From assembly GCA_016180425.1 (NCBI GenBank), contig JACPBF010000005.1, positions 25,034-89,033 of the forward strand: a stretch of DNA of 64,000 bases. Direction: 5' to 3'. The DNA comes from Elusimicrobiota bacterium (GTDB taxonomy: Bacteria; Elusimicrobiota; Elusimicrobia; 2-02-FULL-39-32). The position numbers were made by a program, and so were the translations under genes. The stretch's first letter is position 1, and the number at the start of each line of letters is the position of its first letter. This document shows positions 27,410 to 35,603 of this stretch, piece by piece. The notes below the pieces were generated by a model, which saw nothing but the letters and a program-made list of their open reading frames with translations, was not told where the DNA came from and made no database searches.

Positions 27410-28874
27410 GAGAATTTCCCTGTATGATTTGTGTCATTTGCCAAAGCCAAGCATTTAAAGAATTTGGGATCCAACATCCTAAAAGTACCAAGATGACAAT
27501 GATAAAAGCAGCGCAAGCGGTCCAGGAAAAATTTGACAAGGATTGTTCATTTTTAGGCTGAGGATTTAAGCCAAAAGAGATATGAATCGCATGATTTAGA
27601 AGGCCGGCAAAAATCAAGCCAAGAAATATCAGAGCTAAAAAACTAAACCAATTTTTTCCAGAAGCAAATCCTGCAGAAAGAATCATAAGTTCGCTTGTAA
27701 AAATGCTAAAAGGGGGTAAACCGGCCAGCGCCAGTATTGAAATAAGAAAAGAGATCCCGGTTTTAGGCATGGCTGCAATGGTTCCTGTAATTTTTTTGAT
27801 TTTTCTTGTTCCATAGGTTTGTAAAATACGGCCCGCGCTTAAAAAAGCAAGAGATTTTCCAAAAGCGTGAGACAAAATGTGCAAGAACATTCCATAAATT
27901 GCAAAAGGAGTTCCTATGCCAAGCCCAAAAGTTAAAAGTCCCATATGTTCTATGCTGGAGTAGGCGAGCATGCGTTTATAATCCCGCGCAGCAATAATAA
28001 AAGGAGCTGCAATCCCTAAAGAAGCGCATCCAAATAAAAGCAAAATGGTTCCTGGAACTTCTATTCCAACGCAGCGAACGGTAATGGCATAAAATCTTGT
28101 AAGAGCATAAAATGCGCTGGTTAAAAGCACTCCTGAGAGCATGGCGCTAATAGGGCTGGGAGCCTGGCTATGAGCATCCGGCAGCCAAGTGTGCAATGGG
28201 GCTAAACCCGCTTTTGTTCCATAACCTAAAATAATAAATATAAAGCCAAGTTTTACAAGACGTGGATCGAGTTGCGGCGCGATTTCAATAAAAGTAGTCC
28301 ATTCAAGGCTGTATCCCAATCCGCTTTTAACCGCTGAATAATAGAATAGAATAGTTCCAAATAAGGCAAAGGCAATGCCAATGGAACACAAAATCACATA
28401 TTTCCAAGCCGCTTCTATGGAATGGCGATGGCGATGAAAGCCAACTAAAAATGCGGTAGAAAGAGTTGTTGCCTCTACCATAACCCAAAGGATCCCTAAA
28501 TTATTTGCAGTAGAGACTAAAAGCATGGTGGAAACAAAAATATGAAAAAGAGCATAATAAGTTCTATAGGAGCTTATTTTTAAGTTTTCTAATTTTTGCT
28601 CATGATTCATAAAATCTTTTGATAAGATAGAAACTAAAAGAGAGATTACAGATATGATCATGGCTAGATAGGATCCTACAGCGTCTAGAAAAAGAGCGGA
28701 ATTCTTAAAGGTTGTTGGAGCATGGGTTAAAAAATGGAGGCAGACAAAACCGGATAAAAAACAAGTGATCCAGGATCCAATCACACTGACTCGCTGAATA
28801 AAATTCGGGCTACTGCCCAAAGCGCATAAAAGAGCAGTTAAAAAAGGCGGAATTAAAATAAACCAGACTTTCAT
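27402..28874 (-). CDS. NuoN/NuoM/HyfF-like antiporter-type membrane subunit
   Basis: 490-aa polytopic protein with KAGLAPLHTWLPDAHSQAPSPISAMLSG, the proton-conducting-transporter signature. Confidence 0.8.
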   Translation of the reverse strand: MKVWFILIPPFLTALLCALGSSPNFIQRVSVIGSWITCFLSGFVCLHFLTHAPTTFKNSALFLDAVGSYLAMIISVISLLVSILSKDFMNHEQKLENLKISSYRTYYALFHIFVSTMLLVSTANNLGILWVMVEATTLSTAFLVGFHRHRHSIEAAWKYVILCSIGIAFALFGTILFYYSAVKSGLGYSLEWTTFIEIAPQLDPRLVKLGFIFIILGYGTKAGLAPLHTWLPDAHSQAPSPISAMLSGVLLTSAFYALTRFYAITVRCVGIEVPGTILLLFGCASLGIAAPFIIAARDYKRMLAYSSIEHMGLLTFGLGIGTPFAIYGMFLHILSHAFGKSLAFLSAGRILQTYGTRKIKKITGTIAAMPKTGISFLISILALAGLPPFSIFTSELMILSAGFASGKNWFSFLALIFLGLIFAGLLNHAIHISFGLNPQPKNEQSLSNFSWTACAAFIIVILVLLGCWIPNSLNAWLWQMTQIIQGNSHV

Positions 28875-28877
28875 ATT

Positions 28878-29540
28878 TTATCCCTTTAAACGGTTTAAAT
28901 GTTCTGTGTTAATTGAAGAAAAAGTATTTTGAATTCGGAAAATAAGCATTCCCATAATAACCACTGCAATTAATAGATCAAACACTAGTCCTAATTCAAC
29001 GATCATGGGCATTCCAAAAGAGGTAGAAAGCGCTGCCACAAAAAGACCGTTTTCTACAACTAAAAGCCCAAGCACTTGAATCATCGCTTTTTTTCTACTC
29101 ACCATCAGCCAGAGTCCCAAAAGGATCAGTGTTAATGCCAGAGAAAATCCTTTAGCCGCAAAGGGGTCATTCAGTATGACCCGGTCAACTAGGAGATAGG
29201 AGATAAGAGCTAATCCTACGCCAATAAACATGGAGATAGGATAACTTACAAAAGGATCCAGCTCTCTTTTAATACGGACTTCCTCCATTACTTTATCTAA
29301 GAACCAGGGTATTAAAACACCTTTTACAATCATCACAACCATTGCGATTATCGCTATATGAGAGTGTCCAAGGCTGCAACCTAATAAGAAAGCTGTAAAA
29401 CCTAGACAAAGAGATTGAGCGGCATAAGTGCGAATGCACAGGTGTAAAGTTCTAAGGGACAGCATGCCAAAAGCGCTGACTAAAGAGAGAGCGGAAAAAA
29501 ATGTAATTGTCTGGGTTAAATAAAAAGAATGAGTGTTCAT
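28878..29540 (-). CDS. HyfE-like small membrane subunit
   Basis: 220-aa multi-helix hydrophobic protein. It sits between the NuoH-like and antiporter-like genes, as in hyf/ehr-type operons. Confidence 0.55.
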   Translation of the reverse strand: MNTHSFYLTQTITFFSALSLVSAFGMLSLRTLHLCIRTYAAQSLCLGFTAFLLGCSLGHSHIAIIAMVVMIVKGVLIPWFLDKVMEEVRIKRELDPFVSYPISMFIGVGLALISYLLVDRVILNDPFAAKGFSLALTLILLGLWLMVSRKKAMIQVLGLLVVENGLFVAALSTSFGMPMIVELGLVFDLLIAVVIMGMLIFRIQNTFSSINTEHLNRLKG

Positions 29541-30508
29541 AATCCTAATTTTAAAATAGTCTGAGACAAAAGAGCTAGAAGCGCTAAAACAAATGCTGTT
29601 CCTAAAAAGTCTGGGACTCTAAATAATCTTAATTTAGCGGTTGAAGTTTCTATAAAAGCTAAAAGCAGACAGAACAATCCTATTTTAAGAATAAAAAAAA
29701 TCAGGGCATTCCCAAGTGAAATTAAGCTGGTCTCTTGGGCAATTCCCCATGGGAAAAAGATATTTGCCAAGAGAGTAGAAAACAATAGCAGTTTTGTCAT
29801 AGACGCCCACTCTATCAAAGCTAGTGATTTGCCGGAATATTCTAAAATCATCGCTTCATGAATCATGGTAAGCTCAAGATGTGTTGCAGGGTTGTCTATC
29901 GGCAGCCTGCCGCATTCTGCCAGGGTAATTAGAAAAAGTGAGACAAAGGCAAGCGCAGTTCCAGGTCCATAAGCCATCCATCCTTTTTGAAGCACAATTC
30001 GGATAATCTCTGCTGCTTGGGTCGTGCCTGCTGTAACAGCCATGGTGAATAAAACTAAAATTAAAGCAGGCTCAGCAGTAGAGCTAATCATCACTTCACG
30101 GCTTGAGCCCATGCCGCCAAAAGCGCTGCCCGCGTCAAGTCCTGCCAAAGCCATAAAAAATCTTGGCAAGGCTAAAAGATAAACAAGAGCAATGAGATCG
30201 CCTGTAACTTTAAGTGTATGAGGGATGCTAATGGTTGGGACTAATAAACAGGAGATCAGAATAGAGCTAAAACAGATTAAAGGCACAGCCCGAAATATCC
30301 AGGAGGTTGTTTCAGAGACGACTTCTTCTTTACGAAAATTTTTTAACAAATCCCAATAAGGTTGAAAAACAGATGCTCCTTGACGATTTTGCAAAAGCGC
30401 TTTAGTTTTTTTTATTAAACCCGTGGCAAGAGGAGCTAAGATCATTAATAGCGCAGCTTGAAATAGAGCGATCATAAACACGATTTTATTCATCAATATC
30501 CTTTCCAA
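29537..30508 (-). CDS. NuoH/HycD-like membrane subunit
   Basis: 323-aa polytopic protein. AECGRLPIDNPATHLELTMIHEAMILEYSG matches the HycD/NuoH conserved loop. Confidence 0.8.
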   Translation of the reverse strand: MERILMNKIVFMIALFQAALLMILAPLATGLIKKTKALLQNRQGASVFQPYWDLLKNFRKEEVVSETTSWIFRAVPLICFSSILISCLLVPTISIPHTLKVTGDLIALVYLLALPRFFMALAGLDAGSAFGGMGSSREVMISSTAEPALILVLFTMAVTAGTTQAAEIIRIVLQKGWMAYGPGTALAFVSLFLITLAECGRLPIDNPATHLELTMIHEAMILEYSGKSLALIEWASMTKLLLFSTLLANIFFPWGIAQETSLISLGNALIFFILKIGLFCLLLAFIETSTAKLRLFRVPDFLGTAFVLALLALLSQTILKLGL

Positions 30509-32523
30509 AGAAAAAGCGTGATCAGGAAGATAACGGTTGCCAAAAGATATCCAAGATAAAGATTAAGGCTTCCTGATTGTATCTGGCGCAGGGCGCGTGA
30601 AATTTTGAGCATGACCTTTAAAGGCGGGTGATACAGGGTTTCCTTTATAAGGTGACTAATTTCATTAGAGTATTGAATGGAATTTAAAAAATAAGGAGAG
30701 AGGGTTGTTTCTTGACGAACCTCACGCATGGGCCTGTAAAAGAAAGCAAAAAGTATTCTAAAAGGTTTGGAGAAAGCAGTTGAGGTATATTCCATCCTGG
30801 GCTCAAGATGATCTAAGCCGCATCCCCATGTGGGCGCTTTTCTGACTTTATTTGATTTATTCAAAATAGAAAAGAGGATGACTGCCAGAAGAATTCCAAT
30901 CATGAGGGCGATTAAAATTCCCATTGGGAAAATAGAACCGTAATTTCCAGACAAAGAATTAAACAACTTTATATTGCTGGATAAAAAAGGATTTTCATTA
31001 GGCAGCAAAAATTCAATGGCAGGTTTTAAGAGCCAGCGTATATGATTTGGAAAAATTCCAAAAATTAGGCAGCCCAAAGAGAGAGATATCATAGGAGCTA
31101 TTTCTAAAATAGATGGATCGCGGCATGTTTCAATTTTGTTACTTCTTGGCTGAGCTAGAAACGTTATGCCAAAAGCTTTAACAAAACAGGCAACAGCAAG
31201 AGCTCCAGTTAAAGCTAAAGCAGTTGTGGCAATTAAACATACAATTCTAGCGCTGGTAAAGTTTAGATTAAATCCAGAAAGTAAAACTTGGAAAGTAAGC
31301 CATTCGCTGACAAAACCGTTTAAAGGAGGCAGAGCAGATACAGACATTGAGCCAATCAGAAAACAAAAAGCTGTGATTGGCATTTTTTTAATAATGCCGC
31401 CCATCTCCTCCATGTTTTTAGTATGAGCTGCTTTAATCACAGAGCCGCTAGATAAAAATAAAAGTCCTTTAAATAGCGCATGATTTAAAGCGTGGTAAAG
31501 TCCAGCTGTGAGAGCAAGAGTCGCAAGATGATCTTGATAAAAAGAATGGAAAAGCAAGCTAGCCCCTACACCCATTAAAATGATTCCGATATTTTCAACG
31601 CTGCTATAGGCAAGCAGCCGTTTAAGATTATTTTCCATTAAAGCATGAAGTATTCCAACTAGGCTGGAGATGGAAGCGATTATTAAAATGATTGCTCCCC
31701 ACCACCATGGCCCTTGCTTTAAAAAAGAGAATAGAATCAGCAGAAATCCATAAATTGCGGTTTTGATCATTGCGCCGGACATGAGGGAAGAGACATGACT
31801 TGGCGCAGCAGGGTGAGCATAAGGAAGCCAAAGATGTAGTGGAACCAGACCCGCTTTAGCGCCAAAACCTATGAGAACTAAAATAAAAAGGATATCTTTT
31901 AAATGATCCGGCAGTTGGAAAGCAGCGGCTCTAAAATGTTCAAATTCCCAAGAGCCTGTTTTTTCATAAAGTAGAAAAAATATGAGGAATATAAAAGCAG
32001 CGGCTAAATGAGACATGACAAGATAGAGTGTGGCGGCTTTTCTGGATTCTTTTATTTTATGTTCTAAAAGCACTAAGAAAAATGAGGCAAGAGTCATCCC
32101 TTCCCAGCAAAAAAGAAAAGTGAAAACATTTTGAGCTAAGGGAACTAAGCCCATTCCTAAAATAAAGAGATTAAAGAAAAATCCTAGGCTCGCGGCGTTT
32201 TCTTCAACCTCTTTAGCATAACTAAAGGCGTAGATACTGGCCAAGAAACTTAAAACCGAAATAATGGCTGTAAAAGGAAAAGAAAGAGGGGTGAAATAGA
32301 AATGAAATCCTGAAAGTAAACCTAGATTGGGCAGAACCAGCTCCATAGCAGTTCCATTCTTTAAAAATAAAATTGAATTCAAGAAAAGAATCCCGCTGCC
32401 TAAAGCGGCAAAAGAAAGAGATGAAATTCTAGAGAGAGACGGTTGTTTATTAAAAATTAAGCTTAAGATCGCGCCGGCAATAAAAAGAAAAATGCAAAGC
32501 GCTAATGGGTTTAGTGTCATCAA
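30493..32523 (-). CDS. NuoL/HyfB/HycC-like antiporter-type membrane subunit
   Basis: 676-aa polytopic protein with GAKAGLVPLHLWLPYAHPAAPSHVSSLMSGAMIK. First gene of the operon. Confidence 0.8.
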   Translation of the reverse strand: MMTLNPLALCIFLFIAGAILSLIFNKQPSLSRISSLSFAALGSGILFLNSILFLKNGTAMELVLPNLGLLSGFHFYFTPLSFPFTAIISVLSFLASIYAFSYAKEVEENAASLGFFFNLFILGMGLVPLAQNVFTFLFCWEGMTLASFFLVLLEHKIKESRKAATLYLVMSHLAAAFIFLIFFLLYEKTGSWEFEHFRAAAFQLPDHLKDILFILVLIGFGAKAGLVPLHLWLPYAHPAAPSHVSSLMSGAMIKTAIYGFLLILFSFLKQGPWWWGAIILIIASISSLVGILHALMENNLKRLLAYSSVENIGIILMGVGASLLFHSFYQDHLATLALTAGLYHALNHALFKGLLFLSSGSVIKAAHTKNMEEMGGIIKKMPITAFCFLIGSMSVSALPPLNGFVSEWLTFQVLLSGFNLNFTSARIVCLIATTALALTGALAVACFVKAFGITFLAQPRSNKIETCRDPSILEIAPMISLSLGCLIFGIFPNHIRWLLKPAIEFLLPNENPFLSSNIKLFNSLSGNYGSIFPMGILIALMIGILLAVILFSILNKSNKVRKAPTWGCGLDHLEPRMEYTSTAFSKPFRILFAFFYRPMREVRQETTLSPYFLNSIQYSNEISHLIKETLYHPPLKVMLKISRALRQIQSGSLNLYLGYLLATVIFLITLFLWKGY

Positions 32524-32552
32524 TTATTTATTTTATCATTTGTTTATTTTAA

Positions 32553-32581
32553 TTGACATGGGATTGGCAGTATGTTAGTAT
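32553..32581 (+). promoter_or_regulatory. candidate sigma70-type promoter for the RRM gene
   Basis: TTGACA (32553-32558), a 17-nt spacer, then TAGTAT (32576-32581). Confidence 0.45.
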
Positions 32582-32630
32582 CATAAAGTCACTCCTTAAA
32601 GCACGATGGGAGTTTTTCTAAATAAAAGAA

Positions 32631-32664
32631 AAACCGCGGAAAAAAATAGTTTTCGCGGTTTTTT
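32631..32664 (+). terminator. terminator-like hairpin inside the RRM gene leader (possible attenuator)
   Basis: AAACCGCG (32631-32638) pairs with CGCGGTTT (32654-32661), followed by a U-run. It lies between the candidate promoter and the SD/ATG at 32681. Confidence 0.4.
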
Positions 32665-32680
32665 ATCTAGGAGTTTAAAT

Positions 32681-33025
32681 ATGGGAAAAAAACTTTATGT
32701 TGGCAGTCTGCCGTTTGACACTACAGAGGATCAAATCCACAAAATTTTTTCTGCTCATGGGCAAGTGGTTAGCGCCAAATTGATCACAGATAAATTTACA
32801 GGACAATCAAAAGGGTTTGGCTTTGTAGAAATGGGAACCGATGAAGAAGCGCAAGCAGCGATTCAACAGCTTCATGGCACAACGATTGGCACCAGAAAAA
32901 TCATTGTGAATGAGGCTCGGCCTATGGAAGAAAGAGGACCAGGAAGGGGTTTTGGCGGCGGAGGAGGCAGGGGTGGAAGAGGCGGCGGAGGAGGAGGCAG
33001 AGGCGGGTTTTCAAAGCGCTGGTAA
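32681..33025 (+). CDS. RRM-type RNA-binding protein with RGG-rich tail
   Basis: RNP2 LYVGSL and RNP1 KGFGFVEM; C-terminal GRGFGGGGGRGGRGGGGGGRGG. Start moved to MGKKLYV (SD TAGGAG upstream), because the track's upstream extension covers the leader hairpin. Confidence 0.85.
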   Translation: MGKKLYVGSLPFDTTEDQIHKIFSAHGQVVSAKLITDKFTGQSKGFGFVEMGTDEEAQAAIQQLHGTTIGTRKIIVNEARPMEERGPGRGFGGGGGRGGRGGGGGGRGGFSKRW

Positions 33026-33037
33026 AATAATAGAAAA

Positions 33038-33079
33038 TTTAACCCGAATCTCATTTACTAATGTAAAATTCGGGTTAAA
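33038..33079. terminator. hairpin between the convergent RRM and lpxL-like genes
   Basis: TTTAACCCGAAT (33038-33049) pairs with ATTCGGGTTAAA (33068-33079); 18-nt loop. Confidence 0.45.
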
Positions 33080-33109
33080 CAATCTTACCTTTTGTTAAGG
33101 ACTATTTTT

Positions 33110-34000
33110 TTAAGTTTTCCAACGATTGTGGATCCAGAGCCATCTTTGAGGTTGTTCCCTAATCCAATCTTCAACCACTTTATTCATTCGACAGGTTGCT
33201 TCAAAAATATCCGCTTCGCGTTGGCTTAAATCAGAAAAATCCATTGCAGGACTGATATGGATTTTTATTTTAGATTTTTCTTTCCAGCTGCGGACAAGGT
33301 GCACTGGAATCAAATAGCGTAAGCTTAAGATCCCTGGCAGGGAAGTTGTGGATGCCAGACGGCCAAAAAAAGGAATTTGAAGACCCCCTTCTTTAACCCG
33401 ATGGTCAATTAAAATTGCTAGCAGATTTCCCTGTTTTAACCAGCGGATCCCCTCGCGCACCCCATTTCTTGAGAGAATCACTTTTACTCCATCCGCGCTT
33501 CTAATTTTAGTAACAAGATCATTTACATAAGGATTCTTTACTCTTCTAGCGATCACCGCGGTTTTAAATCCGGAAAAAGGCCAAAATTTCGCTCCCCATT
33601 CCCACGCCCCATAGTGAGCAGTGAGGATGAGAGCGCCTTTGCCTTGAGAGTATGAATTTTTTAAGTGAGTCAGCCCTTCAGCTTCAACAAAAGAATAGAA
33701 ATCTTCTTTTGAAATTTCAGGCATCTTCACAAAATCCGCAGCGCCTTCTCCTAAATTTTCCCAACATTGTTTAATGATTGTTTTAACTTTCTTTTCTGGA
33801 ATTCCCGGAAACGAGGCGATCAGGTTTTTTTTGGCGATCTCAAATCTAGAGGGCAAAATCAGATAAAGGATTCTGCCCAAATTTTTTCCTAAAATTAAAG
33901 AGATTTTTTGTGGAAAAAAAGAAAGAGTTTTAGCCAGCGCCCATACAAAACCATATTCTATGCAATATTTAATTTTGAGGGTGAAGGCAATGTCCTTCAT
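33110..34000 (-). CDS. lipid A late acyltransferase, LpxL/LpxP/HtrB family
   Basis: 296 aa with an N-terminal membrane anchor. ILTAHYGAWEW (H-x4-type acyltransferase motif region) and C-terminal QPQRWLWIHNRWK are typical of the family. Confidence 0.75.
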   Translation of the reverse strand: MKDIAFTLKIKYCIEYGFVWALAKTLSFFPQKISLILGKNLGRILYLILPSRFEIAKKNLIASFPGIPEKKVKTIIKQCWENLGEGAADFVKMPEISKEDFYSFVEAEGLTHLKNSYSQGKGALILTAHYGAWEWGAKFWPFSGFKTAVIARRVKNPYVNDLVTKIRSADGVKVILSRNGVREGIRWLKQGNLLAILIDHRVKEGGLQIPFFGRLASTTSLPGILSLRYLIPVHLVRSWKEKSKIKIHISPAMDFSDLSQREADIFEATCRMNKVVEDWIREQPQRWLWIHNRWKT

Positions 34001-34018
34001 GGGTTAACCCAAACTTTT

Positions 34019-35047
34019 TTATTGAGTGGAATAAATGCGGGGATGCTTATATTTAAGAATCCAGCTTAACTCTATTTTTTCTTTTTGGGGCTTGGTTCGC
34101 TCAGCCAGTTTATAGTATCTATCCGGCAGACTCAAGAGATAGTCTTGAGATTCTATAGCGGCAACTGATAAACCTTTAAGATGTTTTACATTCCAGCTTT
34201 CAATTAAATGTTGAATAATGGAGGCATAATCATGAATGGTATAGACCCCGATACTTTGCGCGATCAGAGAGTACTGGTTGAATAAGTTTTTATTTTTGCC
34301 GTCACTCATTAGTTTTGCCGGCATGGCAACTCTTTTCTTCATGAGTTTGGCAAAGGCAATCACTGCTCCATTGGGATCTATCTCAAAAACTTTTTTCATA
34401 AATAAAGTGTATGCTTTTTCATGTCTTGCCTCATCGCCGGCGATTAAGCCGCAAATCTCATGCAGATTTTCATCCCCTGCTTTAGCTGCCAGACTAGCCA
34501 CGTTTCTGTGAGAAATTTTTGTGGCTCTTTCTTGAAAGGAAGTATAGACAAATCCTAAATAGGGATCATTTTCTGTTTGAGGATCAAAGCCATTCCTTAT
34601 TAAGTATTGAATGGTTGTTTCCACAGCATGCATGTCCACTCGGCCGCAAAGGTAAAGATATTTATTCAGTAAATCCCCGTGCCTGTTTTCTTCAGCTGAC
34701 CAACCTCGAATCCATTGAGCCCATCCATGGTTGTCCGCGCCGCTATAATCCTTTACTCCCGCTAGATTATTTAACCAGGTTTGATAACTGGGCAGGGCCT
34801 CTTCTGTAATCATATTCCCAACCAGGGCAGTTAAAAGTTCATCGGACAAGCCTTGAGCCATATTGCGAAAATTTTGTATCTCTTTTGTCCAGTTTTCTTC
34901 TCTTAAATCAGGCAGGAAGGAGCTAGGCTGCCAGTTTGTATGGATGGGTTTTAGTAAATCATGGATATGGTCTTGAACAAAGCTATCCATGCTTTGAACA
35001 ATTTCAAACCGGTTTGCTTGCTTTTGAAGATGTTGTGTCTGGTTCAT
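34019..35047 (-). CDS. soluble acyl-ACP desaturase (plant/actinobacterial stearoyl-ACP delta-9 type)
   Basis: Di-iron motifs WSAEENRHGDLLNKYLYLCGRVDM and IAGDEARHEKAY; 342 aa. Confidence 0.85.
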   Translation of the reverse strand: MNQTQHLQKQANRFEIVQSMDSFVQDHIHDLLKPIHTNWQPSSFLPDLREENWTKEIQNFRNMAQGLSDELLTALVGNMITEEALPSYQTWLNNLAGVKDYSGADNHGWAQWIRGWSAEENRHGDLLNKYLYLCGRVDMHAVETTIQYLIRNGFDPQTENDPYLGFVYTSFQERATKISHRNVASLAAKAGDENLHEICGLIAGDEARHEKAYTLFMKKVFEIDPNGAVIAFAKLMKKRVAMPAKLMSDGKNKNLFNQYSLIAQSIGVYTIHDYASIIQHLIESWNVKHLKGLSVAAIESQDYLLSLPDRYYKLAERTKPQKEKIELSWILKYKHPRIYSTQ

Positions 35048-35081
35048 AAAGTCCCTTTACTATACTATTTTATAAAAATAA

Positions 35082-35112
35082 AAACCCCATGCATTTGAAT
35101 TGCATGGGGTTT
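35082..35112 (-). terminator. rho-independent terminator of csp
   Basis: AAACCCCATGCA (35082-35093) pairs with TGCATGGGGTTT (35101-35112). On the minus strand the stem is followed by TTTTTATTTTT. Confidence 0.7.
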
Positions 35113-35132
35113 ATTTAAGGTTTTTTAGTTCA

Positions 35133-35339
35133 TTACCTTAAGGGCTTAACGTTAGAAGCTTTGGGACCTTTATTTGAATCTACGGTCTCAAATTCTACTT
35201 GCTGGTTTTCAGATAAGCTTTTGAACCCATCCCCAATGATTCCGGAGTGATGTACGAATACATCCTTTGATCCGTCTTCTGGTGTAATGAATCCATACCC
35301 TTTCTGATCGTTAAACCACTTTACTGTTCCTTTCATCAT
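35133..35339 (-). CDS. cspA: cold-shock protein, CspA family
   Basis: [34 protein letters not shown] with RNP1/RNP2 motifs; 68 aa. A gap of about 260 nt upstream is consistent with a long csp-type leader. Confidence 0.9.
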   Translation of the reverse strand: MMKGTVKWFNDQKGYGFITPEDGSKDVFVHHSGIIGDGFKSLSENQQVEFETVDSNKGPKASNVKPLR

Positions 35340-35603
35340 GTTACATACCTCTTTATTTTTTATTCGTAAGTTTTAATTTTGAAGTGAATAGATATAGGCC
35401 TAAAAACAAAAAATCGCGTTTCTCGGATTGAGAAACACGAAACTAAAGTCTTAAAACAACTACAACTCTTGTTACTTCAATCTTACGTAATTATTATAGC
35501 ATATATTTTAATAAAAAATATAAATTTTTTTATAAAAAATTATATTGCTCTGGATCATTTAATTTAACCGCATCATTCTATTAGATTGCGGTAATGATTC
35601 GGG

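Noticed and set aside
32606-32680. The track's N-terminal extension of the RRM protein (MGVFLNKRKTAEKNSFRGFLSRSLN).
   Set aside because: The extension covers a terminator-like leader hairpin and begins only about 25 nt after the candidate -10 element. The internal ATG at 32681 has an SD and gives the canonical RRM N-terminus.
32872-33098. Poly-proline (minus-strand) and Glu/Ala-rich (plus-strand) ORFs overlapping the 3' end of the RRM gene.
   Set aside because: They are alternative-frame or antisense readings of the GGN-rich RGG tail. The RRM frame has clear RNP1/RNP2 motifs.
17746-35600. The motif AACCCGAATC[A]TT occurs just after three stop codons: uppP at 17747, the RRM gene at 33041, and the DUF21-CBS gene at about 35585-35597 on the minus strand.
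   Set aside because: In each case it forms the 5' flank of a different terminator-like hairpin. The shared part is short (10-12 nt) and could reflect convergent terminator composition. This is not enough to call a repeat family without genome-wide counts.
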